DNA of 64,000 nucleotides. Origin: an uncultured delta proteobacterium. Lineage in GTDB: Bacteria; Desulfobacterota; RBG-13-43-22. Under the pieces are notes generated by a model, which saw only the letters and a program-made list of their open reading frames with translations, had not been told where the DNA came from and ran no database searches. The position numbers and the translations under genes are program-made. Shown here piece by piece: positions 59,572 to 64,000 of the stretch (positions are counted from its first letter, which is position 1; every line of letters starts with the position of its first letter). The DNA lies in assembly GCA_963743305.1 (NCBI GenBank), contig CAVUPH010000021.1, positions 15,702 through 79,701 of the forward strand, in the 5' to 3' direction.

Positions 59572-60282
59572 ATGCATATTGAAAAGGTGATACTCCACCC
59601 TGAACGCTACCCGGTTCAAGAACTGTACCCTTTTAACCTGACCGCTTTCCAAAGAACCGCAGTGATTGACTTCCCCACCAATATAACCTTTTTCGCCGGA
59701 GAAAACGGAACGGGGAAGTCTACCTTGCTTAAAGCCATCACCCGACGCTGCGGTGTCCATATCTGGGAAGACATTCAAAAGCGCCGGGTAGACGGCAACC
59801 CGTATTTGAAGTCCCTTTATAAGTATATCGAGGTCATCTGGAAAAACGGCGTCAAGCCCGGGGCCTTTTTCTCGGCGGAAAATTTTCAATATCATACCCA
59901 ATGCATCGACGACTGGGCCGCGGCGGATCCCCGACTCCTGGATTACTTCGGGGGGAAGTCCCTATTGTCTCAGTCCCATGGTCAAGCCATCCTGGGCTAT
60001 GCCCGGGCGCGCTATCTGCGGGAAGGGATTTACTTCCTGGACGAACCGGAAACGGCCCTTTCCCCGCGAACCCAGATCGCCTTCTTAGCGCTTCTCCGGC
60101 AAATGGCCCGGGAAGGCCACGCCCAGTTTATTGTGGTCAGCCATTCCCCGATTCTGCTTTCCTGCCCGGAGGCGGTCATCTACTCCTTCGACGGAGATAG
60201 GATTGCCCCCATCCCCTATGAGGAAACGGATTATTACCGGGTTTATAAGGCCTTCCTGGAGGACCGCAGGAAATTCCTTTGA
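59572..60282 (+). CDS. ABC-type predicted ATPase (COG3910-like)
   Basis: GENGTGKSTL, SHGQ, LDEPETALSP..Q, SHSPILL. Confidence 0.88.
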   Translation: MHIEKVILHPERYPVQELYPFNLTAFQRTAVIDFPTNITFFAGENGTGKSTLLKAITRRCGVHIWEDIQKRRVDGNPYLKSLYKYIEVIWKNGVKPGAFFSAENFQYHTQCIDDWAAADPRLLDYFGGKSLLSQSHGQAILGYARARYLREGIYFLDEPETALSPRTQIAFLALLRQMAREGHAQFIVVSHSPILLSCPEAVIYSFDGDRIAPIPYEETDYYRVYKAFLEDRRKFL

Positions 60283-60293
60283 GTCGCTTCGTC

Positions 60294-61412
60294 CTATTTC
60301 TTTTCGAAAAGGGGCCGGTATTTCCCCAGGCCTTTCTTTTCTAATTCCTCCTGGGGGATAAAGCGCAGGGCCGCTGAATTGAGGCAGTAACGAAGCCCTG
60401 TGGGTTTAGGCCCGTCCGGGAAAACATGACCCAGGTGGGAGTCGGCCAGACGGCTCCGCACTTCGGTCCGTTTCGAAAATAAGCGGTTATCCTCTTTTTC
60501 GACGATAGCACCCGGCTCCAGAGGTCGTACAAAACTGGGCCATCCGGTTCCGGAGTCGTACTTGTCCAGGGAACTGAAGAGGGGTTCACCGGACACGATA
60601 TCCACATAGATCCCCTCCTTCTTGTTGTCCCAAAATTCATTATTGAAGGCCGGCTCCGTCCCCTCCTGCTGGGTTACTTTAAATTGCAGGGGCGTCAGTT
60701 GTTTTCGCAGGGCCGCCTCATCCGGCTTTTTAAAGGCCGGATTTGAAACCGGGGGGGCCGTTTCCTTGCCCCAGGTCTCCTGAAGGAACTGGTCCCTGCC
60801 GGAGCCATGGCGGTAGTACCGGTAGCGGATGGGGTTCTTCCGGTAATAATCCTGATGATACTCCTCGGCTTCGAAGAATTTACCCAGGGGCAATATTTCC
60901 GTGACGATAGGCTTGGTGAACTTGCCCGACTTATTCACGGCTTCCCTGGATTGTTCGGCCAGACGCTGTTGTTCCGGACCGTCATAAAAGATGACGCTTC
61001 GATACTGGCTTCCCCGGTCCACGAACTGCCCGCCGGGATCGGTGGGATTGATGTGCCGCCAAAAAATATCCAGCAATTGCTCATAAGTGACCTGCTGGGG
61101 GTCATAATAGACCTGAATGCTTTCTACGTGCCCGCTGCCGCCGGCGGAAACCTGCTCATAGGTGGGGGCTTCGGTCTTTCCTCCGGTATAGCCGGAGATG
61201 ACCTTGGTCACCCCGGGAACTTTCTCGAAATCGGATTCCGTGCACCAGAAACAGCCGCCGGCAAAGGTGGCCACGGCCAAGGTTTTATTTCCTTGTCCTG
61301 GGATCATGGGTAAACCTCTCTTTTCCCCGGGTCTCTCCGCCTTCTGGCAGGCCGGGGGGGTCAAAGAAAAAGCGACGGCCATCAGCCAAAAAATCAATCC
61401 TAACCGGCGCAT
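60294..61412 (-). CDS. msrAB: Peptide methionine sulfoxide reductase MsrA/MsrB fusion, exported
   Basis: [14 protein letters not shown]; [24 protein letters not shown]. Confidence 0.96.
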   Translation of the reverse strand: MRRLGLIFWLMAVAFSLTPPACQKAERPGEKRGLPMIPGQGNKTLAVATFAGGCFWCTESDFEKVPGVTKVISGYTGGKTEAPTYEQVSAGGSGHVESIQVYYDPQQVTYEQLLDIFWRHINPTDPGGQFVDRGSQYRSVIFYDGPEQQRLAEQSREAVNKSGKFTKPIVTEILPLGKFFEAEEYHQDYYRKNPIRYRYYRHGSGRDQFLQETWGKETAPPVSNPAFKKPDEAALRKQLTPLQFKVTQQEGTEPAFNNEFWDNKKEGIYVDIVSGEPLFSSLDKYDSGTGWPSFVRPLEPGAIVEKEDNRLFSKRTEVRSRLADSHLGHVFPDGPKPTGLRYCLNSAALRFIPQEELEKKGLGKYRPLFEKK

Positions 61413-61422
61413 TCAGGTGCCG

Positions 61423-62151
61423 CTACTTCTCTCCGGCGGCCTTGGTGACGGCCTCCAACAGTCCCTTGGACAAAGGGTTGCTTGCCCGTCCTCCAACCAG
61501 GATTTGAGCCGGGGACACACTTTTTCCATAAAAGGCGCTGTTTAATTTGCTCCTAACTTTGACGACCGACCCTCCCAGGGAAAGGCCTCCATAGAGCCCT
61601 TTTGAACGGGAGAAGCTGAGAATGTCGGCGCTGAGGTTGGCGGTTTCGGCCCCCACGCCTCCTCCCACCGGCCCGGCCGCGATGCCCGTGTCCACGCCCA
61701 GCTTAAAGTTGCTGCGCATGAAAGCGGCCACTCCCCGTTCGGTCATAATCAAGAGAACCACTTCCGAGTCTTGCCCGCCGGCCTGAACGCCGAAACTGGC
61801 CCCTCCCAGGGTGTAGAAGGCCGGCCCCATCCATTTCCCGGAAAACTTGTCCCGGACCAGCAACACCCCGTTGCCGCCGGAGACACCCACCACAAAGGCC
61901 CCCTTGAGCAAAGAGGGGGTAATGTAAATACCCTGGGCCTTTTTGATCAGGTCCTGAAATTCAGCGCTGGGGGGTTCGGCCATAAAGCTTTCCAGGGTCA
62001 AAAGGCTGGTTTCCACTACCTTTTTGGCCTCAAAGGCCGGACCGGCAGCAAAGGAACTGGAATGATTCAAAGAAAAAAGGCCGGAGGAGAAAAAAAATCC
62101 CCAAAACAACAAAACCGCCGCCGTCCTGCTCAGGTATTTCTGCTTTTCCAT
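61423..62151 (-). CDS. Ysc84/SYLF lipid-binding domain protein
   Basis: KGAFVVG..GG.G, GASFGVQAGGQ, AAGPVG, SRSKGLYGG. Confidence 0.9.
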   Translation of the reverse strand: MEKQKYLSRTAAVLLFWGFFFSSGLFSLNHSSSFAAGPAFEAKKVVETSLLTLESFMAEPPSAEFQDLIKKAQGIYITPSLLKGAFVVGVSGGNGVLLVRDKFSGKWMGPAFYTLGGASFGVQAGGQDSEVVLLIMTERGVAAFMRSNFKLGVDTGIAAGPVGGGVGAETANLSADILSFSRSKGLYGGLSLGGSVVKVRSKLNSAFYGKSVSPAQILVGGRASNPLSKGLLEAVTKAAGEK

Positions 62152-62283
62152 AAATCCTCCTTTATTAATTCCACGTTCTACGTTATTACATTAGGCATCC
62201 CTGAATCGTCATATTTTAAAGCAGATTAGAGGATTGTCAATCAAGAGATTGAACAATTTTCTGATAAGGATGATGAGGATCCC

Positions 62284-63660
62284 ATGTTCCCTTCTTCAAA
62301 CGCTACCTTAAATACCACCCTCAGCGGAAACACCTTCCTCGGCATCTGGAAAAATGCCTGGCCCATGCTGCTGATCATGGTTTTTAATTTCCTGGTCGGT
62401 TTGACGGATGTTTACGTGGCCGGGATGATCAGTTCCCAGGTCCAGGGGGCCATTGGGTTTATTGCCCAGCTTTATTTCTTGATGGTTATCCTGGCCAATG
62501 CCATCGGTATTGGAACGGTCTCTCTGGTTTCCCAGGCCAGCGGGGCCCAGCAAGACCAGGAAGTGATCCATCTGTCCCGACAATCCCTGATTTTCGGGAT
62601 TCTGATCGCCTTCTTGCTCAGTATCGGAGGAATTTTCGCCCCTCAAAAGATCGTCCAGCTCAGCGGGTTTCCACGGGAGATTCAGGAAATCGCCGCCGCC
62701 TTCCTGCGGATTTTTGCCTGGGCCCTGGGCCCTAATTATTTTCTAATTATCTCCGGGGCCATCTTTCGTGCCCGGGGGGAACCGCAGAAGCCGCTCCTGG
62801 TGATGGCTGTGGTCAGCGGCTTAAATATTCTGCTGGAGTTCGCCCTGGTCTTCGGCTACGGACCCTTGCCCCGGATGGGCTACCCGGGTATCGCCCTGGC
62901 TACGGCAATTTCCTTTTTCTTCGGGACGCTTCTGACCTTTTTCCTTTTGTGGCGGCCATCCTGGCGGCCGGTCCTTCGTCCTCCATTCCGCCTGGATCGG
63001 TCTTTTGTCCGGGTCCTTTATTTTCGGAGCTGGCCCGCGGCCCTGCTGCAGTTGGCTTGGAATGCCGGAAGTGTGGTCTTATTCAACTTCCTGGGCCGGA
63101 TGGGCGCTGGGAGCATTCCCGCCCTGGCGGCTTTTTCCAACGGCCTGCGGCTGGAAGCGATCATTTATCTACCGGCCTTTGCCCTGCATATGGCCGCCTC
63201 GGTGATGGTGGGTCAAAATCTGGGGGCCGGGTTGGTGGATCGAGCTGCCCGGCTGGCTTGGCAGATAGCCGGTATCGGGGCTGTGGTTTTGGGTATTCTG
63301 GCGGCGGCGGTCTATTTTTTATCCGAAACCTTGGCCGGGTTCCTGACTACCGACCCCTTGGTTTTCCAGGAAACCGTCCGTTATTTAAAGATTAATATGT
63401 TTGCCGAACCCCTGATGGCCGCCAGCCTGGCCCTGTCCGGAAGCCTGATGGGGGCGGGAGACACCCGGGGTCCGCTTTATGTTATTTCAGCGGCCATGTG
63501 GCTGGTGCGTCTTCCCTTGGCCTGGCTGCTGGCCTTCCCCCTGGCCCTGGGGCCTACCGGGATCTGGCTGGCCATGACCCTGTCCATGTTCGCCCAGGGG
63601 ATATTCATGGCCTGGCGGTTTAAATCCGGAAAATGGATCACGGCCGGGAAGGACTTCTAG
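62284..63660 (+). CDS. MATE family efflux transporter
   Basis: 12 TM; GQNLGAG, GAGDTR, FKSGKW. Confidence 0.92.
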   Translation: MFPSSNATLNTTLSGNTFLGIWKNAWPMLLIMVFNFLVGLTDVYVAGMISSQVQGAIGFIAQLYFLMVILANAIGIGTVSLVSQASGAQQDQEVIHLSRQSLIFGILIAFLLSIGGIFAPQKIVQLSGFPREIQEIAAAFLRIFAWALGPNYFLIISGAIFRARGEPQKPLLVMAVVSGLNILLEFALVFGYGPLPRMGYPGIALATAISFFFGTLLTFFLLWRPSWRPVLRPPFRLDRSFVRVLYFRSWPAALLQLAWNAGSVVLFNFLGRMGAGSIPALAAFSNGLRLEAIIYLPAFALHMAASVMVGQNLGAGLVDRAARLAWQIAGIGAVVLGILAAAVYFLSETLAGFLTTDPLVFQETVRYLKINMFAEPLMAASLALSGSLMGAGDTRGPLYVISAAMWLVRLPLAWLLAFPLALGPTGIWLAMTLSMFAQGIFMAWRFKSGKWITAGKDF

Positions 63661-63885
63661 CGCCTTCATCCTGCCCACTGGGTAATCCTCTGATTCCCGA
63701 ATCTCGGGAGGTAATTGCAAATAGTCCGGGGACATGATAGTAATGAAAAAGATTCTTCGCCCTTTCGGGTGGTTACCCCCTAGATCTGGTATGGCCTGAT
63801 TTCAGTCTAATCTACTGGATATTGTGGCCATCCACCCAAAAGGGCGAACAACCAAAAAAGCATCCCAAGGGAGGGAGGTATTTCC

Positions 63886-64000
63886 ATGTACCGCAGCCGC
63901 ATTGTTCCGGCCGTCTTGGCTTTTCTGCTGTCTATCCCGGCGCTGAACGGGTACGGCGCAGAACGACAGGTCGGCCTGACCGAAGCCATCACGATGGCCC
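63886..64000 (+). CDS. N-terminus of exported protein, probably TolC family (truncated by window edge)
   Basis: RBS ggaggt; signal peptide, then VGLTEAITMA. Confidence 0.55.
   Translation, partial: MYRSRIVPAVLAFLLSIPALNGYGAERQVGLTEAITMA

Overview
Bacterial chromosomal window, moderately GC-rich, with gene content typical of an anaerobic Desulfobacterota/Deltaproteobacterium (inference). The core genes are: hybrid kinases, pckG, an AcuC-type deacetylase, a MoxR-like AAA ATPase with a 614-aa partner, pstSCAB with a divergent porin and phoBR, a yqeB/yqeC/molybdopterin/tRNA-thiolation cluster, a TetR-MFP-RND-TolC-MFS efflux operon, a PAS-GGDEF cyclase, AmrB-AmrA, MsrAB and MATE. Three accessory segments stand out. 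(1) An 8.3-kb cassette (HTH-PTS IIA regulator plus a six-gene Hyf-like Ehr complex lacking NiFe ligands) lies between ~97% identical direct repeats of the 3' end of the 614-aa gene; the second copy has a microhomology-mediated 390-bp deletion. (2) A decayed integron (intI remnant, degenerate attC) with an orphan yefM and a cspA fragment lies at 21.7-23.7 kb. (3) A toxin-antitoxin-rich island at 40-47.3 kb has two toxins disrupted by insertions, a complete IS3 and a 132-bp double-hairpin element; the main hairpin of the latter recurs at 4995-5056 with compensatory substitutions. The island also carries a DUF1566 gene resembling a remote DGR target. Several accessory genes contain clustered single-base indels that may be sequencing errors. 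No rRNA, tRNA or CRISPR array was seen. All assignments come from motif recognition by eye; no searches were run.
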